From a virus: DNA of 64,000 bases. Location: the IMG/VR virus record IMGVR_UViG_3300034375_010007, positions 17,490-81,489 of that record, one strand, 5' to 3'. The position numbers and the translations under genes were made by a program. Below, piece by piece: positions 48,948 to 57,325 of the stretch (its first letter is position 1; each line of letters starts with the position of its first letter). The notes below the pieces were generated by a model. The model was not told the DNA's origin, did no database searches, and saw nothing but the letters and a program-made list of their open reading frames with translations.

Positions 48948-49851
48948 TGTTCTCGGAGCATCTTATCGCTCGAACAATGAGTTTCTTTTTCACTGTCCTT
49001 ATTGTAATCATCATAAAAAGAAAATGTCTATCAACATTGATAAGGGATATTTCAAATGTTGGACGTGTGATACACGAGGTAAAAATCTTTACAGGATAAT
49101 ACGGAAGTATGGAACCCACAATCACAAGTCTCAATGGCGTGATATCACAGGCACCGTTGATTATGAGAAGCTTGAAGATCTTTTTGCCGAGAAAGTAGAA
49201 GAAAAACAAATACTTGATATGCCCGAAGGTTTTGTATCTTTGGCGAATAAAGATATTCCACCTACCGGATTTGCTGCCCGAAACTATCTACGAAAGCGCG
49301 GTATCACAAAGCAAGATATTGTTTGGTGGAAGATGGGCTATTGTAGTAGTGGAGAGTATGAAGGTCGCGTTGTGATTCCTTCGTTCGATGATGAAGGCGA
49401 TCTAAACTACTTTATCTCTCGATCCTATGACAAGAAAGCGTATCCAAAGTATAAGAACCCGCCAGCAAGCAAGAACATTATATTCAACGATTTGTTTATG
49501 GATTGGAGTTCGGACATTATTTTGGTGGAGGGGGTGTTTGATGCTGTGGTTGCCGGTCGTAATTCTGTACCTCTTCTTGGGTCCACACTAAATCAAAACT
49601 CTGTTCTTCTACAAAAGATTGTTAAGGAAGACGCAGGCGTTTATATCGCTTTGGATCCCGACGCAAAGAAGAAAGAGTTGGAGATCATCAAAACTTTATT
49701 GGATTTTGATATTGAGGTTTGGAAAGTAAACATCGGAGAGAACGAAGATGTTGGGTCAATGTCAAAGGATAACTTCCAGAAATGCCTAAACAAAGCAACC
49801 CTTATCACATCAGACAACTATTTATTGTTGACGCTCGCTATGTCGGTGTAA
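48916..49851 (+). CDS. DNA primase
   Basis: CPYC...FKCWTC zinc finger, GRVVIP, KYKNP, TOPRIM LVEGVFDA and ALDPDA. Confidence 0.9.
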   Translation: MKDKKLKILTNVLGASYRSNNEFLFHCPYCNHHKKKMSINIDKGYFKCWTCDTRGKNLYRIIRKYGTHNHKSQWRDITGTVDYEKLEDLFAEKVEEKQILDMPEGFVSLANKDIPPTGFAARNYLRKRGITKQDIVWWKMGYCSSGEYEGRVVIPSFDDEGDLNYFISRSYDKKAYPKYKNPPASKNIIFNDLFMDWSSDIILVEGVFDAVVAGRNSVPLLGSTLNQNSVLLQKIVKEDAGVYIALDPDAKKKELEIIKTLLDFDIEVWKVNIGENEDVGSMSKDNFQKCLNKATLITSDNYLLLTLAMSV

Positions 49852-49867
49852 AAAAGGAAACATAAAA

Positions 49868-50185
49868 ATGAAACTTATATTAGAAAACTTTAAAAAGTTT
49901 ATCAACGAAGAGGAAGACGCTATGCGCGGCTCCGATCGCCTAGGCGCGGACATTGAAGGCGTTCCACAGCCAGAAGGTGAAGAGCCAATCGATGTTCTTA
50001 TGGATGTGAAGACACGCCTAGCAGGTATGAGCGATGAAGAGTTGATGCAGTTAGCCGCAGACTTAGACGGCGATATGGTTACAGCACTTCGCCACATCCT
50101 TTCTGATAAGATGTATGCTCCAACGGGCGACTCAGATATGCTTCCACAGATCGGTGATGATCCACGAGATCAAAGTCCTTTATAA
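49868..50185 (+). CDS. acidic hypothetical protein with MKLILENFKKFINE leader (possible internal head protein)
   Basis: SD AAGGA; ACTATTTA at 49817-49824 upstream; leader shared with 60586..61080. Confidence 0.7.
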   Translation: MKLILENFKKFINEEEDAMRGSDRLGADIEGVPQPEGEEPIDVLMDVKTRLAGMSDEELMQLAADLDGDMVTALRHILSDKMYAPTGDSDMLPQIGDDPRDQSPL

Positions 50186-50204
50186 TCTAAAATAACACTT
50201 GACT

Positions 50205-50242
50205 AACTCTACCGTTGGTATATACTGACGGTAGAGTTTTTT
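50205..50242 (+). terminator. intrinsic terminator overlapping a sigma70-like promoter
   Basis: AACTCTACCGT(50205-15)/ACGGTAGAGTT(50228-38) inverted repeat with a T-run; TTGACT(50199-204), 16-nt spacer, TATACT(50221-26). Confidence 0.7.
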
Positions 50243-50256
50243 ATTAGGAGTAAATC

Positions 50257-50922
50257 TTGGGATACAAATTTGGACACGTGAGTGACACACACGTGCGGAA
50301 CCTAAAATACCACTACGAATATCGTGTAGTCTTTGAGCAGCTCTATCAAAAACTACGCGACGAGAAGGTAGACTACATTATCCATACTGGCGATATCGCC
50401 CACACAAAGACACAAATCTCACCAGAGTTTGTAGATCTGTGTTCTGATTTTTTCAGAAATCTTGCGGCAATCGCACCGACATACGTGATACTTGGAAACC
50501 ATGATTGCAACCTAAAGAATAATAGCCGACAGGACGCTCTGTCGCCCATTGTAAGCGCTTTGAACCTCCCTAACCTTCACCTACTCAAAGATGCGGGCGA
50601 AACCGTTCTAAGAAGCGATCTAGCGCTAAATGTTTTGTCTCGTACAGACGAGGAGAACTGGGTTGCTCCAAGCGATCAATCACGCATCAATATTGCTTTG
50701 TATCACGGTGCTATTGGTGGTGTCTCAACTGACGTTGGTTGGGTCATGGACCACGGCGATCATGACATCGGAGTATTTGCCGGCCATGATTATGCGATGC
50801 TTGGAGATATCCACAAAACAAATCAGGTAGTTCAGTCAAAATGGAAAGAAGAGATCGTTGATGAAAAAGATCTTGATAAATACCTTGAAGACGGTTGGGA
50901 GATAGTAGAAGAAATCGTATAA
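50257..50922 (+). CDS. sbcD: Mre11/SbcD (gp47-like) metallophosphoesterase nuclease, N-terminal fragment
   Basis: SDTH, TGDIAH, GNHD, YHG and LGDIH; SD AGGAG with TTG start; the ORF ends before the YPGS motif. Confidence 0.88.
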   Translation: MGYKFGHVSDTHVRNLKYHYEYRVVFEQLYQKLRDEKVDYIIHTGDIAHTKTQISPEFVDLCSDFFRNLAAIAPTYVILGNHDCNLKNNSRQDALSPIVSALNLPNLHLLKDAGETVLRSDLALNVLSRTDEENWVAPSDQSRINIALYHGAIGGVSTDVGWVMDHGDHDIGVFAGHDYAMLGDIHKTNQVVQSKWKEEIVDEKDLDKYLEDGWEIVEEIV

Positions 50923-50925
50923 TAA

Positions 50926-51078
50926 CAATGCTTTTATGGATGGTTGAATAATATACCGGAAGAGATTATTGCGGACATTTCTAACTTGCGTTTTATACCC
51001 GGTCGTGATAATCTAGCAAAAAGTTCCAAACACGAAGGAAAACTTTGGAGATCAGATGACGAAGAAATACAAGATTAG
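50926..51078 (+). pseudogene. decayed HNH homing endonuclease, C-terminal remnant
   Basis: Start-less frame QCFYGWLNNIPEEIIADISNLRFIPGRDNLAKSSKHEG... carries the HNH NL.....N..K pattern. Confidence 0.65.
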
Positions 51079-53647
51079 AAAAGCACAATGCCTCGCGATT
51101 TATCCAGGGAGCACTGTTCAGCAGAATCACGGCGAAACCAATGATAAAGGATTCTTAACTTGGGAAATTCGTAGTAAAGATGACTTTACTGTCAAACATC
51201 ACGTTCTCCTAAACCCCAAGCCTTTCGTTACTATTGAACTAACACCAAAGGGTCGGATGCCAAAGGGCACAAATATTCCTTCTGGTGCGCGTCTGCGTCT
51301 TGTAAGTAATAACAATCTACCTCTAGACGTAATGCGCAAGGCTGTTGAGGTTGCAAAGTCTCGCTTCAAGCCTGAATCAATCTCGTTCCTAAACAGAGCA
51401 GCCGGCGAAAGAGGTGAGATTAGTCTTAGAAAGAACTTCAAGATTGAGAACTTGCGAGATGTAGCAGTTCAGGAAGAACATATTCGTGAGTATCTACAAG
51501 ATTACGAGCCTTCTGAGACTGTGTTACAGAAGGTTTATGAACTAAACCGTAAGTATAACTCTCACATTGAAGAGAATGAAGACATTGCGAGAAACGTAAA
51601 CTGGAATATCAACCGCTTTGAGTGGGACAATCTGTTCAACTACGGTGAAGACAACACTCTTGACTTTACAAATCTCAACGGTATTGTCGGGATCTTTGGA
51701 AAGAACTATTCAGGCAAGTCATCTGTTATTGATGGAATGCTTTACACTATGTTCAATACAACGTCAAAGAACGAGCGCAAGAACTATAACATCATCAATC
51801 AAAACAAAAAGAACTGCACTGGTACGATAGAGCTTCAGATTGGCGAGAAGACTTATACCATTGAGAGAAAGTCAGAGAAGTATGTAAAGCGCCTCAAGGG
51901 TGTGGAAACTAATGAGGCCAGAACATTCTTGGACTTTACACAGGACGGTGATTTAAGTCTCAACGGCACAACCCGTAACGAAACTGATGCCAACATTCGC
52001 AAGCAGTTTGGCACGATTGAAGACTTTTTGCTAACGTCTATGGCTAGTCAGCTTGATTCTTTGAGCTTTATTAAGGAAGGGTCTACAAAACGTAAGGAGA
52101 TTCTTGCTAAGTTCTTGGATTTAGAGATCTTTGAGAAGAAGTTTAAGCTAGCAAAGGAGGACTCTTCTGATCTAAAAGCTGTCCTGCGACGTATCGGTGA
52201 CGTAGACTATGATAAAGATATAGCAATTGCGGAGGTTCATTGCGAAGAAGCACAGAAGGAACTACAAGCTGACACCGAAAGATGCGATGCAATACGTCTA
52301 CAGTTGGCTCAAAACGAGCAAATACATAGCGATTTGACTGAACAGATTGATTCAATCCCGACTGAGCGTCTAAACATCAAGAAGCTGGTTGAGAGAAGAA
52401 CACAGTTAACCAACAATATCGAGGACACAAAGGAAAACATTTCTGAACTTAAACTTGAAATCTCGGAGTTTGATGACAAGCTTAAGACTTACGATGATTT
52501 CTTGACAACGATCAACATTGAGGAGTTGCTAGAAGAGAAGAAGCAATACGACGATTTCAAGCAACGCTATGACAGCACTGTAAACCGTGCTCGTATCATG
52601 GACAACGACTACAAGACTATGTCAAAGAAGCTTACACTTCTTGATGAGGTTCCTTGCGGTAGTGCTTATGTTTCGTCTTGTAAGTTTATTAGCGATGCTC
52701 ACAGCGCTTCGTTGGAGTTGCCTCTGCTTGAGAAGACTATCGTCCAGAAGATTGAGGAAGCTAAGGGCTACAAAGAAAAGGTAGTGTCAGTTAACTCTGC
52801 CGAGATGGTTGAGTTGATTGATCGATACAATGAAACAATCATTGCGAAGAACGCTATTGAGATTGAGAAGAGAGACAACAAGGTTTCAATTGAGAAGCAG
52901 TTTGCAAAGATCAAAACGATGACCTCTGATTTGTCCGAGACAAATGAAAAGATTGCATTGTACGAGGACAACAAAGAAGCTATCCAGAACATCGAGAATC
53001 TTATTTCTTCGCGGAATGAGGTTGCCGAGATGATTGAGGCTAATAAGAGAGACATCGAAGCTTTTGAGGAAGGTCTATCAACTCATAACAGAACAATCGG
53101 TTCACTAGAGCAGAAGGTAGAGACACTTAAAGATAAAAAGCAGGAGCTACTTGATATTCGTGCCGAGTTTGCTGCTTACGATTTATTTATGCGTTGCATG
53201 CATTCCAACGGTATTGCTTACGATATTATCAAGAGAAGACTGCCTGTTATTAACGAAGAGATTGCGAAGACAATCTCAAACATTGTTGACTTTGAGGTGT
53301 TCTTCCAAGAGTCAGGCAACAAGTTGGATGTGCTTATCAAGCATCCCAATTACGAAGCACGTCCCATTGAGATGGGTTCAGGCGCCGAGAAGACTCTAGC
53401 ATCAATGGGTATACGTTTGGCGCTTCTATCTGTGTCGTCGTTGCCGAAGGGTAACATCTTTATTCTAGACGAGCCAGGAACAGCTTTGGACGCAGAGAAT
53501 ATGGAAGGCTTTATTCGGATGCTTGATCTAGTTAAAACGTATTTCAAGACAGTCATTCTTATTTCTCACTTGGATTCTCTAAAAGATATCGTTGATATGG
53601 AGATTACAATTGAGAAGGACAAGGGATACGCGAGGATTAACCAATGA
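51056..53647 (+). CDS. sbcC: C-terminal part of Mre11/SbcD fused to Rad50/SbcC (gp46-like) ATPase
   Basis: YPGSTVQQNHGE..KGF (end of the nuclease domain), GKNYSGKSS Walker A, coiled coil with CxxxxxxxC hook-like region, MGSGAEK signature, LDEPG and ISH; SD GGAG. Confidence 0.9.
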   Translation: MTKKYKIRKAQCLAIYPGSTVQQNHGETNDKGFLTWEIRSKDDFTVKHHVLLNPKPFVTIELTPKGRMPKGTNIPSGARLRLVSNNNLPLDVMRKAVEVAKSRFKPESISFLNRAAGERGEISLRKNFKIENLRDVAVQEEHIREYLQDYEPSETVLQKVYELNRKYNSHIEENEDIARNVNWNINRFEWDNLFNYGEDNTLDFTNLNGIVGIFGKNYSGKSSVIDGMLYTMFNTTSKNERKNYNIINQNKKNCTGTIELQIGEKTYTIERKSEKYVKRLKGVETNEARTFLDFTQDGDLSLNGTTRNETDANIRKQFGTIEDFLLTSMASQLDSLSFIKEGSTKRKEILAKFLDLEIFEKKFKLAKEDSSDLKAVLRRIGDVDYDKDIAIAEVHCEEAQKELQADTERCDAIRLQLAQNEQIHSDLTEQIDSIPTERLNIKKLVERRTQLTNNIEDTKENISELKLEISEFDDKLKTYDDFLTTINIEELLEEKKQYDDFKQRYDSTVNRARIMDNDYKTMSKKLTLLDEVPCGSAYVSSCKFISDAHSASLELPLLEKTIVQKIEEAKGYKEKVVSVNSAEMVELIDRYNETIIAKNAIEIEKRDNKVSIEKQFAKIKTMTSDLSETNEKIALYEDNKEAIQNIENLISSRNEVAEMIEANKRDIEAFEEGLSTHNRTIGSLEQKVETLKDKKQELLDIRAEFAAYDLFMRCMHSNGIAYDIIKRRLPVINEEIAKTISNIVDFEVFFQESGNKLDVLIKHPNYEARPIEMGSGAEKTLASMGIRLALLSVSSLPKGNIFILDEPGTALDAENMEGFIRMLDLVKTYFKTVILISHLDSLKDIVDMEITIEKDKGYARINQ

Positions 53648-53758
53648 ACGCAGCATTCTGGGAAGCGCTTTTAGGCGGCTTGACTTTTAAGAAAAAGAAT
53701 AAATAAATTAATACGTTCCAACTCAAGTAACAGATTCTAATTATTTATGAAGGAGTGC

Positions 53759-53962
53759 ATGGTGGGACACATGAGACACGCAATAGATAAAGGATTAGAG
53801 AAGGTAGTATCAAGAAAGCTTTTAGCTTGGGCAACAGCCACTGGCTTGCTTTTATTTTCTGATTTACAATCAGCGGATTGGGTTATAATCACCACTGTTT
53901 ACATTGGTGGTCAAACTGTTATTGATGCTGTAGCCAAACTTAAAGGATTTGGTGACCGTTGA
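53759..53962 (+). CDS. putative holin
   Basis: Small two-TM protein (SRKLL..., YIGGQ..ID); SD AGGAG. Confidence 0.55.
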   Translation: MVGHMRHAIDKGLEKVVSRKLLAWATATGLLLFSDLQSADWVIITTVYIGGQTVIDAVAKLKGFGDR

Positions 53963-54366
53963 AACTTAAATTACTTGCAAAACAAGCTTGGCTTTGGGCT
54001 AAAAAGTTTTGGTGGGCAATCATTATTGTCTTATTGTTTATAGGCGCAGCATTAGCTTCTGCTCTTATGAGAAACGGAGTGTTATTAGCGCGCGTTATGG
54101 ATCTGCTTGATGCAAAGAGAGACCAGCACGATCAAGAAATGGAAACACTCTCGCATATTCATAATACGGAAATAGATGAGAAAAACCGGCGCCTCGAACA
54201 ACATCTTCAAGAGAAAGATGATATTCAAAGAAAGTTTGAAGAAGAAGCCGACAAGCTCGATAAGGCAAAAGAAGAAGAACTTAAAAAGCTTGTAGATGAA
54301 AGTTATAATGATCCAGAGAAGTTAGCTAAGGAAATAGCCGACGCTTTTGGATTAGAAAATGGTTAA
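53959..54366 (+). CDS. putative inner-membrane spanin-like protein
   Basis: N-terminal TM helix followed by a coiled coil; follows the holin-like gene. Confidence 0.5.
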   Translation: MKLKLLAKQAWLWAKKFWWAIIIVLLFIGAALASALMRNGVLLARVMDLLDAKRDQHDQEMETLSHIHNTEIDEKNRRLEQHLQEKDDIQRKFEEEADKLDKAKEEELKKLVDESYNDPEKLAKEIADAFGLENG

Positions 54367-54808
54367 AAGATTATTACTTTTTTGTTTGGTTCTTAGCTTA
54401 TTAGCACCAAACGTAGCATATGCCCAAGACAACACAGTTCTTTCAGTGAAGAAAGGCGACCCTGTTCCTTTTGATGGTGTCTTACTATCTTTGGACGCTG
54501 CGGCAAAGGTTCTAAACGATAAAAGATTTACAGACGAAGAATGCGATCTGCGTTTAGAGTATCAGCTAAGCCTTCTAAAAGAAAACTATGAGCTACAACT
54601 TGACTTTAAAGATATTGAGATTACATCTTGGAAAGATAGATACGAGTCAATGATGATATTGAAGACAGCAGAGAATGATCGTCTAACAGATTTGATTGTA
54701 AAACAAAAGCCAAGTCAGGGCCCACTATGGGTTGCGTTAGGGTTTGGTGTTGGTACTCTTACTTCATTAGGCATCTTTGCTTTATCTACGGAGATTGTAA
54801 AGCAATGA
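54359..54808 (+). CDS. putative spanin partner / membrane protein
   Basis: Sec signal peptide (AYA|QD), PFDGVL, coiled coil and C-terminal TM. Confidence 0.5.
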   Translation: MVKRLLLFCLVLSLLAPNVAYAQDNTVLSVKKGDPVPFDGVLLSLDAAAKVLNDKRFTDEECDLRLEYQLSLLKENYELQLDFKDIEITSWKDRYESMMILKTAENDRLTDLIVKQKPSQGPLWVALGFGVGTLTSLGIFALSTEIVKQ

Positions 54809-55188
54809 GCGATAAACAAGATTACATCGTTAAGTTAGAAAAAGCTATTTCACAAAAGTATGGCGAAGAAGCCACACACAATCCAAGACGCTATTGGGAT
54901 GAAGACAAAGAAAAAGAATATATCCAACAGTCTAAGATAGAACAGCAGAAGTTTGCGAAGAATGCTGAATCTCAAGACAAAATAGAAGCAGACGGATTTT
55001 TAATAAACAAAAAACTACTTAATAGAGATATTAATAGGACTTGTCCTGTTTGTTCCAAATATTCTTTTCATCCTCGTGATGATTTGTATATGAATAAGTT
55101 TGAAGCTTGCTTTAAATGTTATATTCTACACATCGAAGGAAGAGAAGATAGATGGACAGAAGGATGGAGACCAAACAAGGAACAATAA
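54805..55188 (+). CDS. hypothetical zinc-finger protein
   Basis: CPVC...CFKC. Confidence 0.7.
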   Translation: MSDKQDYIVKLEKAISQKYGEEATHNPRRYWDEDKEKEYIQQSKIEQQKFAKNAESQDKIEADGFLINKKLLNRDINRTCPVCSKYSFHPRDDLYMNKFEACFKCYILHIEGREDRWTEGWRPNKEQ

Positions 55189-55189
55189 A

Positions 55190-55732
55190 ATGGCATCAGT
55201 ATACGACATTGTAAAAGGAATCAGCCAAGCGGCTGCAAATGCTTATGACGGAGCCCACGACGCTACGTTACAAGCAGATGACAGAGCAAGAGAAGTAGGT
55301 CTCAAAAGAGAGAACGGACACTTTATTAGAGACCGCCGCGTAATGGATGGTTTTGGTGTTAAGTTTCACGGTCCAATTCTTCGCATTACTTATCAAGCAG
55401 AGACAAGACTAAAAGAAGTCCAAGACAAAGGCTTTGAAGGTGAGATTGAGCAGCGTCTGCAAGACATTGCTAACTTCCTAAAGAAAGAATACAAAGCCGT
55501 CACGGGCGATTCACTAACCTTAACAAAGGAAGGTGAGCCACATGTTTTGGTGCAGCGTATTTCCAACTACCGCACCGACGTTCAGGCTCATTGTGATTAT
55601 CGCATCGGCGGTTTAACTGATGTTGTTGAGGTTAACGGCGGTTCTGATGAAGAGCGCGTTGATAAAGCAATCAGAGATTTTCTTGCATTAGGGAGAGATA
55701 AAGCTAAGAAGCCTTCAAACGTGAAGGTCTAA
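55190..55732 (+). CDS. hypothetical protein
   Basis: ORF abutting the terminase gene; SD AAGGA. Confidence 0.75.
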   Translation: MASVYDIVKGISQAAANAYDGAHDATLQADDRAREVGLKRENGHFIRDRRVMDGFGVKFHGPILRITYQAETRLKEVQDKGFEGEIEQRLQDIANFLKKEYKAVTGDSLTLTKEGEPHVLVQRISNYRTDVQAHCDYRIGGLTDVVEVNGGSDEERVDKAIRDFLALGRDKAKKPSNVKV

Positions 55733-55733
55733 T

Positions 55734-57317
55734 ATGGCTGCTCTTACAAAGAAAGAGATACTAAAAGAGATTGTTAAAGCCGGCAAAGATCCGGTTTACT
55801 TTACAACAAACTACTGTCGCATCTCACACCCGCAGAAAGGTTTAATTCCTTTCAAAGCATTCGATTATCAGCAGGATCTTTTAAAAGACTTCCGCGATTA
55901 TCGTTTTAATATTATTCTAAAAGCCCGACAGTTGGGTATTTCTACTATTAGTGCTGCGTATGTGGCGTGGCTAATGTTGTTTCATAAAGACAAGAACATT
56001 CTTGTCGTTGCTACCAAGCTACAAACGGCTACTAACTTAGTCAAAAAAGTAAAAGCGATCATTAAGAACCTGCCCAAGTGGATGCAGATCTCTGATATTA
56101 CAGTAGATAACAGAACATCATTTGAGCTTTCCAATGGTTCGCAGATTAAAGGCTCATCAACTTCTGGCGATGCTGGTCGTTCCGAGGCACTTTCGCTTCT
56201 GATCATCGATGAGGCTGCTCACGTTGAGAAGTTAGAAGATCTATGGACCGCGCTTTATCCCACACTATCCACAGGTGGTCGCTGCATTGCGCTATCCACT
56301 CCTAACGGTGTAGGTAACTGGTTCCACCAAAACTGTGTTGAAGCAGAAGCCGGCATAAATGATTTTCATATGACGACCCTTATGTGGGATGTTCACCCTG
56401 AGCGTGATAAGAAATGGTTTGAGAAAGAAACCAGAAATATGTCCAAGCGCCAGATCGCTCAGGAGTTGGAGTGTAACTTCAATGTATCTGGTGAAACTGT
56501 TATCCACCCAGATGATCTACAATGGTATATGGAAAAAGCCCGCGCACCAGAGTATCGCACTGGCTTTGATAGAAACTATTGGATTTGGAAACAATACGAC
56601 CCAGAGAACCATTATCTGATTGTTGCCGACGTTGCTCGTGGCGACGGTAAAGATAACAGCGCTTTTCATATTATAGAACTTGCGAACCTTGAACAAGTCG
56701 CTGAATATGTAGGCAAACCAACACCAGACGACTTTGCAGATATTCTATCTAATGTAGCAGCTGAATACGGCAATCCTATGTTGGTAATAGAAAACAATAA
56801 TATTGGCTTTGCTGTTCTTAAAAAGTTGATAGATAAAGGGTATCCTAATCTCTACTACACAACAAAGGGTGATCACCAATATGTCGATCCCCTAACCGCA
56901 CAATGGCAATCAAACGTAATACCCGGTTTTACAACTTCTTCCAAAACAAGACCTTTGATCGTTGCGAAAATGGAAGAGTTTATGAGAAATAAACTAATTA
57001 CGATTAACTCAAATCGTTTGCTTTCTGAAATGAAAACATTTATTTGGCATCACGGAAGACCGCAGGCGATGAGAAGTTACAACGACGATCTAACAATGTC
57101 GTTCGCTATTGGATGCTGGGTGAGAGATACCGTGATTGTAGAAAGCCAAAAGAACGTGGAGTACAGCAAATCTTTCTTGTCTGCTATCAGCACGGCGAAA
57201 ACTTCTATTGCCACGACTATTCCTGGGATGCAGGGACATAAGATAACAAAAGAATCTGAAAGAGCTAAGCAGGCAGTAGACTTTCAACACCAATACATAG
57301 GATTAATAAAAGGTTAG
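55734..57317 (+). CDS. terL: terminase large subunit (gp17-like)
   Basis: LKARQLGIST, LLIIDEAAH, LSTPNG, QELECNF, ADVARGDGKDNS, IENN and NDDL. Confidence 0.95.
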   Translation: MAALTKKEILKEIVKAGKDPVYFTTNYCRISHPQKGLIPFKAFDYQQDLLKDFRDYRFNIILKARQLGISTISAAYVAWLMLFHKDKNILVVATKLQTATNLVKKVKAIIKNLPKWMQISDITVDNRTSFELSNGSQIKGSSTSGDAGRSEALSLLIIDEAAHVEKLEDLWTALYPTLSTGGRCIALSTPNGVGNWFHQNCVEAEAGINDFHMTTLMWDVHPERDKKWFEKETRNMSKRQIAQELECNFNVSGETVIHPDDLQWYMEKARAPEYRTGFDRNYWIWKQYDPENHYLIVADVARGDGKDNSAFHIIELANLEQVAEYVGKPTPDDFADILSNVAAEYGNPMLVIENNNIGFAVLKKLIDKGYPNLYYTTKGDHQYVDPLTAQWQSNVIPGFTTSSKTRPLIVAKMEEFMRNKLITINSNRLLSEMKTFIWHHGRPQAMRSYNDDLTMSFAIGCWVRDTVIVESQKNVEYSKSFLSAISTAKTSIATTIPGMQGHKITKESERAKQAVDFQHQYIGLIKG

Positions 57318-57325
57318 GATAAGAC

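Noticed and set aside
50820-51110. Split intein, group I intron or ribosomal bypass as explanation for the nuclease break
   Set aside because: No intein terminal residues; the gap is too short and lacks visible intron core pairings; ORF2 has its own SD and ATG
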